Shown piece after piece: positions 52,254-61,951 of a stretch of DNA of 61,951 bases (position 1 is the first letter of the stretch; each line of letters begins with the position of its first letter). The notes beneath the pieces are model-generated. The model ran no database searches, was not told the origin of the DNA, and saw only the letters and a list, made by a program, of their open reading frames with translations. Source of the stretch: Nemertoderma westbladi. Taxonomy: Eukaryota; Animalia; Xenacoelomorpha. The stretch is from NCBI GenBank assembly GCA_032718475.1, contig JAUCBJ010004332.1, positions 1-61,951 on the forward strand, given 5' to 3'. A program made the position numbers and the translations under genes.

Positions 52254-53301
52254 TTATTGATTGAAGGACACTCGCTTCCCCGAAAACTTTGCTAGAGTTG
52301 CTGCACTCAGGTAGCCTACCTCTACTGACTGTCGCTTGTTAAGGGCCCTGTCACCTAAAGCCTTAATGTATAGGCTCTCCAGTATGCACCTACGGTCCCT
52401 ATGCGTTTCCCTGCCTATGTCTTGCATGAGGTCAAACCTCGGTACATGGCCTGTCTGCACATGGTGGTCAGCCAAGTCAGTAGCCTTAGCCCTCTGGTGG
52501 CGTATGTCTGAATCATGTTGAATTAACCTTATGTCGCTATGATATTTTGATTCGCCTATGTATACCTTGCCACATGTACATGGGATCGCATAGACCACCC
52601 CCCTTGGGTCGGACTTTGGTTTATGACCCTTCAATAAATAGGAATGGAGCTTCCGCCCTGACATAAAGTATGTATCCACCCCATAACATGCACATATTCT
52701 TTCTAAGTTTTCTGTTAACCCAGTAATGTATGGTAGACCTATTCTAAATTCTAATTTGTCCTAGTCTAGTTTGTTTAGGGTTTGGGTTACTAAAGCGCGC
52801 ATTAATTCGGCGTTTTGTGTTATAAATAACCCTAGTGGGATAGCCATTATTCTGGAAGGTTTCATTTAGGTCTTTTTGAATTTGGTCTCTAGCCACTGTG
52901 GTTGAACATAATCTGTTTGACCTGAAAAATAGTGCGGAGCAAATGCCTTGTTTTATTCTTGGATGGTGATTGGACGAAAAGTTTAGGTAGCGGTTAGAAT
53001 GGGTTGGTTTTTGGTATACTGTAGTTTTAATTGAACCATTCGAAATTGAGACTAAAACATCTAAGAAGGGCAAGTTTCCGTGGGTGTCTTGTTGCTCTAC
53101 AGTGAAAAATATGGCCTGGTGTAAACTATTCATACATTTAAGTAAATTATCAATATTGTTCTTGTTGGTCAGACACCAAACATCGTCCACATACCTGTAC
53201 CATATGTGTGGCAGAAAACCCCTTTCCCTAGCCAAATGTTCAAGTCTATACATAAATAAGCAACTGAGTACAGGGGAAACTGGGTTACCCATTGGGAGTC
53301 C
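52254..53301 (-). mobile_element. 5'-truncated Penelope-like element (RT C-terminus plus GIY-YIG endonuclease), frameshifted
   Basis: RT motifs GLPMGNPVSP, WYRYVDD, LPFLDV, VYQKPTH, YLNFSSNH. Endonuclease motifs GVVYAIPCTCGKVYIGES, R..QH, LESLYI..LN. Confidence 0.9.
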
Positions 53302-53567
53302 TGGTTTCGGCTTCTATGTCCGTGTATCCCCCCCAGTAGTATAGGAAGCTAGCCCCTCCGGCCAAGGTCACCCGTAGTCCATCATTACCATCCATTTCTG
53401 GTACTGCAGCCAATCAGAAGCCACCATTTCAACCTTTTGCGGTGGTCGTTATTATTTCAACCAATCAGATGACAGCATTTCATCCGTAACCATGGTAACT
53501 TCTCAAGTTCCCGCTTATTCCGCTAGAGGCGTTATTAGTCACCCGACTCTAGTACTGCATCCAATCA

Positions 53568-53850
53568 CCAACCTTTATTTTACAGGTGTTCGAGTGTCTA
53601 CACTTAGCATCAGGTAACTTCTACTATTTTTCAAATCGCAATTTTTCAGCAACCAGTATTTTCATATTTACCAACCTTTATTTTACAGACGCTAGAGGTG
53701 TCTACAGGTAACGTCTACTATTTTTCAAATCGCTATTTTTCAACAACCAGTATTTTCATATTTACCAACCTTTATTTTACAGGTGCTCGGGTGTCTACAC
53801 TTAGCATCAGGTAACTTCTATTATTTTTCAAATCGCTATTTTTCACTAGT
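53568..53850. repeat. Three ~100-bp tandem repeats in the putative Polinton terminal region
   Basis: ACCAACCTTTATTTTACAG...CAGGTAAC.TCTA.TATTTTTCAAATCGC at about 53568, 53670 and 53764. Confidence 0.85.
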
Positions 53851-54396
53851 AACTAAATTTAATTTTGCAATTTTTCAGATAACAAAATATTCAACAGGGT
53901 TCGAACCCGGGACTGATATAACTCCTCACAACTCACCAATCACTCTTCCATCCAACCTCGAGAGAAAAAGGCGATAAATATCTGAGTTATACCATAGTCA
54001 TTGAATTCTTCATCTTCATCACTGGTAGCAGATGATTATAAATAGCTTCTAGTTCCTTAACATAATTACTATAGCGTAGAATACATTAATTCGACTATTA
54101 ATAATAATCGATTTCTTTTATCGATGTAACTGATCGATCAACTAAGTTGAATATAAGTTAGAATGATAGAGCTAGCATTGATTACGTTGCATCTGTTACA
54201 CGTTACTGCTATTTCACTCTCTAACTCACGCTAATGTAATAAATTTAGCTGTACACGTTGCATCTGTTACACGAATCTACTATATTCCTCACTGTAAGTC
54301 ACTCTGTTTTATTAAAGCAACCATATAAACCGAAGTTTTACAATCTAATAATCATTTATTTAGTTTTTATTTTTCAAAATAGTTTTCATTCTAATT

Positions 54397-55443
54397 ATGG
54401 ATTTATTTAAAAAAACTTCAAGCAATACTTGGAAATTTACATTTAATAAATATACCTGTAGTATTGTTTATGGCAAGTACTTTATATTACTCTCAAGCGA
54501 TAACAATGTAACAACGTGCTTCTCTTACCAGGATACACTCTACCTTCTAGACGTCTTAGAAATATTATTCAACCGACAAAAGGAATCACCAGTTTCAAGA
54601 GGTAATATTTATCCTAATATAGAATTTACAAGAGGAAAGTTAAATATTTCCACCTGTGTTATTACTGAAAACGTATATATTCAGAAGCAAGGCAAATGTC
54701 AAATTCTAAACAAATCACTCATTAATTTATTACTTCAGAGTAAGACAGAAATATTAGAATTGTTATCACCACCACTCGAAATAATAAATCGGTGTTATGT
54801 TGTTAATTTAACCAACCCATCTTTTGTTGGTTTTGTAAGCAAATATAAAGGAGCGACTTATATGGGACTATGGGAGATTTCAGCTAGATATTCTGATGCT
54901 ATTGGTCTTAGGTATTATAATGGGTTTAACTTAACAGCATCGGAAGTAAATTCATTGTGGTATGAATGGAATTATGAAATTAGTAACGAAGGTGTCTTTT
55001 CAGAGCTAGATACGGACGATAAAGTAGCTTTATCTGACCGACTTAAAGTAAAAATAAATGTACAAGAAAAAAAAGTAATTATTACAGACAAGGAAAGCAA
55101 ATATTTACAGTTACATTACGATAAAGACATACCTCATATAGAGTTTCTCTATGATATGATGTTAAAGGTTTCATCAACTGATATAGCAGACGGTTTCGTG
55201 ATTCTATATCCACCAACTTGGAAGTTTAAGGATAATAAGTCATTTCCAGAAGTAGTTTCATCCACATTTAATCCAAAGACATACATCGAAGAGACCTCGA
55301 GTGATAGAAAGCGCAGATCTACATCTCAATCATCTTCCATTCCCAACAATGATTCTATACCTACAAAGAAAATAAAAGTTACAAAAGCAAGTGAAGAGGT
55401 AGCAGATTACAATAAGGAACATATAAAAACAGTATCAGATTGA
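54397..55443 (+). CDS. Hypothetical 348-aa protein with a possible PC4-like ssDNA-binding domain
   Basis: Intact ORF in AT-rich DNA. FVSKYKGATYMGLWEI..NGFNLTASEVNSL resembles PC4 VSVRDFKGKVLIDIREY..KGISLNPEQWSQL. Basic C-terminal NLS-like PTKKIK. Confidence 0.5.
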   Translation: MDLFKKTSSNTWKFTFNKYTCSIVYGKYFILLSSDNNVTTCFSYQDTLYLLDVLEILFNRQKESPVSRGNIYPNIEFTRGKLNISTCVITENVYIQKQGKCQILNKSLINLLLQSKTEILELLSPPLEIINRCYVVNLTNPSFVGFVSKYKGATYMGLWEISARYSDAIGLRYYNGFNLTASEVNSLWYEWNYEISNEGVFSELDTDDKVALSDRLKVKINVQEKKVIITDKESKYLQLHYDKDIPHIEFLYDMMLKVSSTDIADGFVILYPPTWKFKDNKSFPEVVSSTFNPKTYIEETSSDRKRRSTSQSSSIPNNDSIPTKKIKVTKASEEVADYNKEHIKTVSD

Positions 55444-56006
55444 TTTATTATTAACTAGAGACTTTTCTTTTTCAGTTTCACACTGACTTGTAAAGGTAAC
55501 TTTTTATCACAAAGCGTGATTATTATAAAGTATTTGCATGTAAAGGTGACTTTATTGAGTAAATATTGGTGATAGTTTAATGTGAGCACGGGATTAGGTA
55601 TAAAACATTCGCATGTAAATGCGTGAGTTTACACCACCATAATAAAACATTTGCATGTAAAACCTACTTTATCAATGAAAATTAAAAACGCATTAGACAC
55701 ATCTTGGTTTAGACTTGATTTTATTATAAAGAATTCAGTTGTAAAAGCAACTTTATTTATGATATTAGTTTCCAATGTAACTGTTATTTATGATTGGTTG
55801 GTATAAGTAGAAACTTGAAATATATATATATATATATAAAGAGCTCAACTGATTCATTCGAGCTCATTCTGAAAATATTAAATTAATTAAAGTTTAGATA
55901 TTATATTTTATTTACGTTGAGTAGCTTATGAATTTTTTTTGATTATATATATATATATATAACAATATTCATATTAATTTTAAATTGTTTTTAGGATAAT
56001 AAAGAG

Positions 56007-59000
56007 ATGGATAAACAATTGAAATGTCCATTTTGTCCTCTTCAAATTTCTAAACGAAATTATTTAACACATGTGAAATCTCATTTTGAAGAATACAATT
56101 GTTTTAATTGTCGTGTGAAATGTTCACGTGAAGAAATATGTAAACGACATGAATCGACTACGGGATGTAAAGAAATGAAGTTTTGCGTGTATGAAAAAAC
56201 TTGCCCTACTTGTAATAAAGAGTATTTATATGAGAATTACTTACGTCACGACTGTCACCAACGTTATTATCATGTTAGACCACCACCACCACAACGGAAC
56301 CAAAACAATACTATGGTATCTAGAAAAAGACTGAAATCTGGTCAAGGTTCATCAATTTTTAACATCGAACGAGCCGCACACGATAACCGTTTAGAAATCT
56401 ATGTTTACAATCTTCCAGATGATGAAGATTTTCCTGATATTCATTCATCATTAATTAAAATTCTACCTCATATTAAAAACTTATTATTAGGAAAACTTAG
56501 CGAAATGAATGTACTTAGACCCTGGCTAGGTGTGAATATACTCATGTATCGATCACATTTTTCAGAGGGTGATCAAGAAGAAGCTTTCTATTTTAGTTCT
56601 TCAGGTGGTGCAGTTAATACCGTAGATTCACATGAAAGTTTTGACACATGGTTTGAGTATGTACTAGAAAAATTAATGGAAAAAATAGCCATATTTAACA
56701 CTCGTGACTCAGGGTGGCGCGTTAAATCTTTATTAAGAGTGGAAATTAAAGTAGCTGAATCCAAGTGTAAGTCACTGGAATATAAAGGTCACGGTTATAT
56801 GGAGTTACCTAAGGCTCTATCGAGTAAACGATGTGTTATAAATATACAAACGGCTGATAATGATTGTTTTAAATGGGCAATTATAGCCACAAAATTTAGT
56901 AGCAAAGTGAAAGATCACAAATATCGTACTTCGCAGTACAAAAATTATATGAGTCATTTTATTTTTGACAACGGCAACAAAGATTATCCAACAGAATGGC
57001 CGCTTGCAATTAAACTTTTTGAAAAACAGAATTCAGCATATATAATTAATTTATTACTCTACGACAACAATCGAGTATCTATATTAAGACAGGCTCCATT
57101 TAGTAAAATCACTCCAGATAAAGAGTTATTGAATATATTACTTGTAAAAAATAAGAATACGAGTAAACAATCACATTATGTTTGCATAACTAACTTGAAT
57201 CGTTTGATGAATACAACAGGTAAGCATATTAGATGTAGGAAATATTGCGAACGGTGGTTGTCGCATTTCTACAGCAAGGATGTTCTAGAACGTCACCGTC
57301 TTGTTTGTTATCGAGGAAAAAGTCAAGTTGAGAAGCTACCGTCTGAAAAAAGAACTCACATTAGCTTTAGAAATTTAGACAGAACATTACCAGCATTGTT
57401 TGTAATATATTTTGACATAGAATCTATTTTGGAACCAGCCACCAACAGTAAATTTATTCAGAATCATATTCCATGCGCTGTAAGTTATTTAATTGTTCCT
57501 AGTACCGAATTAATCAATCCACCAAAATTTTATTTGAAGACCTTTACAAAAACAATCGACAACAACTGTATTCAAGACTTTTTAGACTCTGTATATAATG
57601 ACATCACCCAATTATATAAGTGGGCAGAAACCCATACGCGGGAGAAGATTATACTTAACGATGTAGATAAGTTAAGTTTTTGGAAAGCTAAAACTTGCTT
57701 TTATTGCAATGTTTTATTTAAGGATAAGTCTGAGAAAAACAAACATCACTCACATATTACTGGTAATTATATAGCAGCCGCTTGTAACGCATGTAACCGC
57801 TCTTTATCATTGAAACGACACATGTATATACTCGCTGCACACAACTGCAATCACTATGATTTGCATTTTCTTTTACAAGTTGGTTTTACCAACAATAGAT
57901 ATTCCGATTGGGATATAAAGGTAATCCCTAAAAATTCTGAAAGGTATATTTCACTAAGTATGCATATACCTGTAAAAGATGAAAAAACTAAGATCGAGCT
58001 ACGTGTCTTAGATACATATCAATTTTTATCCTTTTCCCTAAGTACTTTAGTTGATTGTTCAACAAAGGATATAGACAGCGAGGATATAACATCAGTTCTA
58101 CCAATTACTGAACAGCAAATGAAATATTTTTATCCAAATTTAAATAATGCAACAATTAAACGAAAAGGTATATTTCCCTACGAGTACCTGACAGATTTAA
58201 ATAAATTCAATGATTCGAAATTACCATCAATAGACAAATTTTATAGTAAATTAACACAAAATACCTGTACACCCGAGGAATATAGTTTTGCCAACGCATC
58301 ATGGAGTCAGTTTGACTGTGTGAATCTCAAGGATTATCTTTTAGCATACTTAAAACTCGATGTTTGTCTCCTCGCTGATATATTTGAGAACTTTAGGAGA
58401 GTGTGTAGACAAAACTACGAATTAGAAGTAGTTTATTATTGTAGTATCGCAGCTTTCACTTATGATTGCGCCCTGAAATACAATAAATGTAAGTTAGCAT
58501 TAATAAAAGATTACCAAACATATAGAGATTTTGAAGCATCTATTAGAGGTGGGGTTTCATTCTGTCGAAAGCATTACATAGAATCAAATATACCAGATAC
58601 TGATAATTATGATCCAAGCAAGGAAGAGTGTCATATTTTCAATATAGATTTTAATTCCTTGTATTCTGGTAATTTAAGTAAAAAGCTACCTGTTTCAGGT
58701 TTTGAACAAGTCAATGTTACATATTTAGAGAATGCTGCTCCAGAAGAACTAATAAAATATTTATCAAATCTTGATACTGAAGGTGATATTGGGTTTTTCT
58801 TAATTTGCGATTTGAAATATCCCAAAGATATTCACGATCGTACATTAGAACTACCCTTAGCCCCAGAACATTTAAGTATAAATGAGACAATGCTTTCACC
58901 ATATATGAGGGAACAATTTAACAATGTTTGTAAACAAAGAGGTACTAATAGCAATTATAAGATGTGTGCACCGAAACTTATGTTGACACAATTCGATAAG

Positions 59001-60032
59001 GAATTATATCATGTAAATTTAAAACTGTTAAAATTTTATATAAAACAAGGTTTAATTGTTACTAAGCTCCATAAATTGTATTCTTTTCAACAAGAATTTG
59101 TATTTAAAAATTACATCGATTTAAATATTAATCAAAGGCGACTGGCAAAAAGTTATATTGAAACAGCTGTCGCGAAATTGCTGAACAATTCTTTATTTGG
59201 AAAAACGATTGAAAAGATAAGGGACCGATGCAACTTTCGTATCGCTAATAGTAAAGAAAAATGTGACCAATTGGTCAAACGTATAAATCACGAAAATTTC
59301 ATGATTTATAACGATTCCTTATCGGGACATTTATTAGTGAAAGACTCTGTAACTCTCGATAAGCCGGTCTATGTAGGTAGTACTGTCTTGGACTTGGCTA
59401 AATTGGATATGTATGAGTTGTATTACGATAAATTGCTACCTATTGAGAAAGAATTAAACTGTCGAATTGAAATTGTAGCATCAGACATGGACTCTTTAAT
59501 AGGTTGTTACTATAATACATCGCAGAATAATTTTTTAAAAGCCTTAATTAAAAATAATATTTTAGATACATCCAATTACCCCAAGGATCACCCTCTCTAC
59601 AGCGATAAAAATAAATCCAAGCTCTATTACTGTAAAGACGAACTAGCCTCACGTGAAATTAAACAAGCGGTATTTTTAAGACCAAAATTATATTCAATTT
59701 TGGAATGGAATGATTCCAATATTCGTAGAGCAAAAGGTATTACAAGAGCTGTCGTGGATAAAAATATTTGCCACGAAGATTACGTAAGAGCATATAACTC
59801 AAACGAAGAAATTTCCAAGGAAATACATCAGTTTCAGAGCAAATTACACAAAGTGTACACTATAGCACGAGACAAGTTTGCTCTCAGCGCATTTGATGAT
59901 AAACTTTATTGGGTTAATAAAAATCATTCGCTTCCCTGGGGTCACTATCGAACAAAGGTCGAAAAACCTGTGAAAAAAAACAATATACCAATTTATCGGG
60001 AACCAAACAATGAACTATCAGATAGTCAATAA
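56007..60032 (+). CDS. polB: Protein-primed family B DNA polymerase (Polinton/bidnavirus type) with N-terminal zinc fingers and an endonuclease VII-like insertion
   Basis: SGW and NDCFKWAI N-terminal motifs; ExoI YFDIES; ExoII HNCNHYDLHF; KGIFPYEY; ExoIII YLKLDV; IRGG; motif A DFNSLY; motif B KLLNNSLFGK; motif C SDMDS; LRPKLY; AKGI. EndoVII-like CFYC..HSHITG..CNACN. Confidence 0.95.
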   Translation: MDKQLKCPFCPLQISKRNYLTHVKSHFEEYNCFNCRVKCSREEICKRHESTTGCKEMKFCVYEKTCPTCNKEYLYENYLRHDCHQRYYHVRPPPPQRNQNNTMVSRKRLKSGQGSSIFNIERAAHDNRLEIYVYNLPDDEDFPDIHSSLIKILPHIKNLLLGKLSEMNVLRPWLGVNILMYRSHFSEGDQEEAFYFSSSGGAVNTVDSHESFDTWFEYVLEKLMEKIAIFNTRDSGWRVKSLLRVEIKVAESKCKSLEYKGHGYMELPKALSSKRCVINIQTADNDCFKWAIIATKFSSKVKDHKYRTSQYKNYMSHFIFDNGNKDYPTEWPLAIKLFEKQNSAYIINLLLYDNNRVSILRQAPFSKITPDKELLNILLVKNKNTSKQSHYVCITNLNRLMNTTGKHIRCRKYCERWLSHFYSKDVLERHRLVCYRGKSQVEKLPSEKRTHISFRNLDRTLPALFVIYFDIESILEPATNSKFIQNHIPCAVSYLIVPSTELINPPKFYLKTFTKTIDNNCIQDFLDSVYNDITQLYKWAETHTREKIILNDVDKLSFWKAKTCFYCNVLFKDKSEKNKHHSHITGNYIAAACNACNRSLSLKRHMYILAAHNCNHYDLHFLLQVGFTNNRYSDWDIKVIPKNSERYISLSMHIPVKDEKTKIELRVLDTYQFLSFSLSTLVDCSTKDIDSEDITSVLPITEQQMKYFYPNLNNATIKRKGIFPYEYLTDLNKFNDSKLPSIDKFYSKLTQNTCTPEEYSFANASWSQFDCVNLKDYLLAYLKLDVCLLADIFENFRRVCRQNYELEVVYYCSIAAFTYDCALKYNKCKLALIKDYQTYRDFEASIRGGVSFCRKHYIESNIPDTDNYDPSKEECHIFNIDFNSLYSGNLSKKLPVSGFEQVNVTYLENAAPEELIKYLSNLDTEGDIGFFLICDLKYPKDIHDRTLELPLAPEHLSINETMLSPYMREQFNNVCKQRGTNSNYKMCAPKLMLTQFDKELYHVNLKLLKFYIKQGLIVTKLHKLYSFQQEFVFKNYIDLNINQRRLAKSYIETAVAKLLNNSLFGKTIEKIRDRCNFRIANSKEKCDQLVKRINHENFMIYNDSLSGHLLVKDSVTLDKPVYVGSTVLDLAKLDMYELYYDKLLPIEKELNCRIEIVASDMDSLIGCYYNTSQNNFLKALIKNNILDTSNYPKDHPLYSDKNKSKLYYCKDELASREIKQAVFLRPKLYSILEWNDSNIRRAKGITRAVVDKNICHEDYVRAYNSNEEISKEIHQFQSKLHKVYTIARDKFALSAFDDKLYWVNKNHSLPWGHYRTKVEKPVKKNNIPIYREPNNELSDSQ

Positions 60033-60555
60033 GAATGTAAGTTGCCAGCAAGTGTCAGCGATTAATTTTAAAGAATTAAAAAATCAATTATCAGGTAAAC
60101 ACATACTCAAACCAAATCAGTTTATATATAAGATATTTGGTGCCACATTATTAATATTTAAAAATGGTCGTATTACATTATTAGGCAGTAAGTATAATTT
60201 CCAAAAAGTAAAAAAACATATATTTGATAAAACTAGTATTAATTTGATTTTAAAATCTGTTAATTTATGTACTTATATTTTTAGTATTAAGTCTGTAGTC
60301 TATAGGTTATTGATAAACAATACCGGGTTTTATGTTGTCTTTGATAATGTGCAACTTCAAGTTATATATGAACCTGAAATTTTTAATAATTGCAAAATAA
60401 GAATAAATAATACCGTAGTCATTTGTTGCTTTCATACTGGTAAATGTACTTTAATGTGTTCACCTAGCAAATTTCACATTTATTACCCTATATTTAGTAA
60501 ACTTGTTAATTATTTATTAATGTTTGGTGTTGTGACTTTAGGTGTTGGTGATTAG
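60010..60555 (+). CDS. TATA-binding-protein-like protein (divergent two-repeat TBP core)
   Basis: 181 aa. YQIVNKNVSC..INFKEL, IYKIFGATLLIFKNGRITLLGSK and YEPEIF..VICCFHTGKCTL match TBP FKIQNMVGSC, TALIFSSGKMVCTGAK and YEPELF..VLLIFVSGKVVL. Confidence 0.75.
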   Translation: MNYQIVNKNVSCQQVSAINFKELKNQLSGKHILKPNQFIYKIFGATLLIFKNGRITLLGSKYNFQKVKKHIFDKTSINLILKSVNLCTYIFSIKSVVYRLLINNTGFYVVFDNVQLQVIYEPEIFNNCKIRINNTVVICCFHTGKCTLMCSPSKFHIYYPIFSKLVNYLLMFGVVTLGVGD

Positions 60556-60638
60556 AAGGTGAAAATTAAACATTATTATTTTTCAATCAATCGGTAGTTA
60601 GGGAAAACTAACCTCGTTTGAATAAGCATGACTCTCAC

Positions 60639-60866
60639 GGGCTGACTGCGTGCCTAGCTGCGTAGCTGGCTGCGTGCCGCGAGGCTGGCTGCGTGGCTGA
60701 CTGCGTGCCTAGCTGCGTAGCTGGCTGCGTGCCGCGAGGCTGGCTGCGTGGCTGGCTGCGTGCCGCGAGGCTGGCAGCGATGCTGCTCTGACTGCGTGCC
60801 GCGAGGCTGGCTGTGAGGCTGACTGCGTGCCGCAGGGCTGACTGCGTGACTAGCTGCGAGGGTGGC
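60639..60866. repeat. GC-rich minisatellite of GGCTG(A/G)CTGCGTGCC units
   Basis: Degenerate 12-20-bp tandem units directly visible. Confidence 0.85.
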
Positions 60867-61035
60867 TAGATGGCAGCAAGGTGGACCGATCCCCAGCAGC
60901 GTGCACATCCGATTATATCCGGCTCACGATATTGTATACAATGGTTTAGTTTGTTACTGCGGGTACTGTTACATTAATACTGTGGTACCGGTACCGTACT
61001 GCAGTACAATGCTAATTAAAGGAAATCAGCATGCT

Positions 61036-61456
61036 CTATCTGACTATACTGTTACAACAGCGACAGTACTGTATTGTTTGGGTAGGTGATCTAATCCCTA
61101 TATGTGAGACTCCTGCATGTAATCTAGGTTATGACAGCAGTATGCTAATCAAGGTTCGGGTAGATAGCAGTATCCTTATAGTTGAAAAAAACAAATGCTA
61201 TTACATCAGATTACTGCTGTACTGATAAAGTGGATGACAGTTGTGGATAGGAGCCTCTATCTGATTATGCTGTTACATCAAGAACAGCGACAGTACAGCA
61301 GTACTGTATTGTTTGGATAGGTGATCTAATCCCCGTATGTGAGACCCCTGCATGCATCAGATTACTGCTGTACCGATACCAGTAGACAGCGACTACAGTG
61401 TTGGAAGAGTAAAACACTACCGGTACTGATAAAGTGGATGACCGTTGTAGATAGGC
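61036..61456. repeat. Diverged ~220-bp tandem duplication
   Basis: GTACTGTATTGTTTGG.TAGGTGATCTAATCCC and GTACTGATAAAGTGGATGAC.GTTGT.GATAGG each occur twice. Confidence 0.75.
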
Positions 61457-61951
61457 CTATAATTTATCAGAACCGGTACCAACAGGTTATCATTACACTC
61501 TATACAGATTATGTTGCATTTTCTGACTAATATTACTAGTCAACTACTGTATGTGTTATTAGTTTGCGACGTAAAGGATGTTTCGCAATACCAGTACATC
61601 TATATTAGAATGATATCGAGAATACTTACTGTACATGTTATGTCTACATCATATTGTTAAAGGTGTATGGTTAACCTAGCGCAATTGACTCTTTTTTAGA
61701 GAACTTGTAAAAAAATTATATTTTATTATATTTTTATATTAACATCAAGAGCATCACCAAAATAAAATTATATTATATCCCATCACATTACATTACATGT
61801 AGAGTAAACCTACAGTACATCTTCCACCGCAGTTATTTCTTTCTGTTTATCATCGACATCAGTCGCAGTTAAACGCTTTCTCAAGAAAAAGTGTAGAGCC
61901 TCAAACCAACCAACACGTTTTGCCGAGCAGTATCGCTGACAGTTATCCCTT

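Larger units (their letters stand above)
53335..60555 (+). mobile_element. Polinton/Maverick (adintovirus-like) element, left part; right end not seen
   Basis: AGTAGT terminus at 53335, followed by CCAATCA motifs and tandem repeats, then a protein-primed PolB. No integrase, ATPase, protease or capsid gene within the window. Confidence 0.65.

Noticed and set aside
53897-53911. Pol III B box GGTTCGAACCC in the Polinton terminal region
   Set aside because: Isolated palindrome with no convincing A box.

Overview
AT-rich eukaryotic (probably invertebrate animal) genomic DNA made almost entirely of mobile elements; I see no host gene. From 4167 to 50886 it is a nested stack of three BEL/Pao LTR retrotransposons. 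Element A is on the minus strand (1203-bp LTRs, TSD CGTAC). It contains element B (plus strand, 20799-48030, TSD CAGCT). B in turn contains a 5'-truncated RTE-like LINE (TSD GAGCCTACCA) and, inside its 3' LTR, a 5'-truncated element C (40877-47440). All three BEL elements, although highly diverged, carry a large extra ORF in the env position. It encodes a WRN/EXD/RNase D-like DEDDy 3'-5' exonuclease domain with Glu at ExoIII, followed by CCHC zinc knuckles. Element B has 12 dispersed copies of a 20-nt hairpin. The LTR of C has arrays of structured repeats. To the right lie a MULE transposase remnant, a Penelope RT/GIY-YIG fragment, and the left part of a Polinton/adintovirus-like element: AGTAGT terminus, a PC4-like ORF, an intact 1341-aa protein-primed PolB and an overlapping TBP-like ORF. 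All domain calls come from motif recognition by eye; no searches were run.
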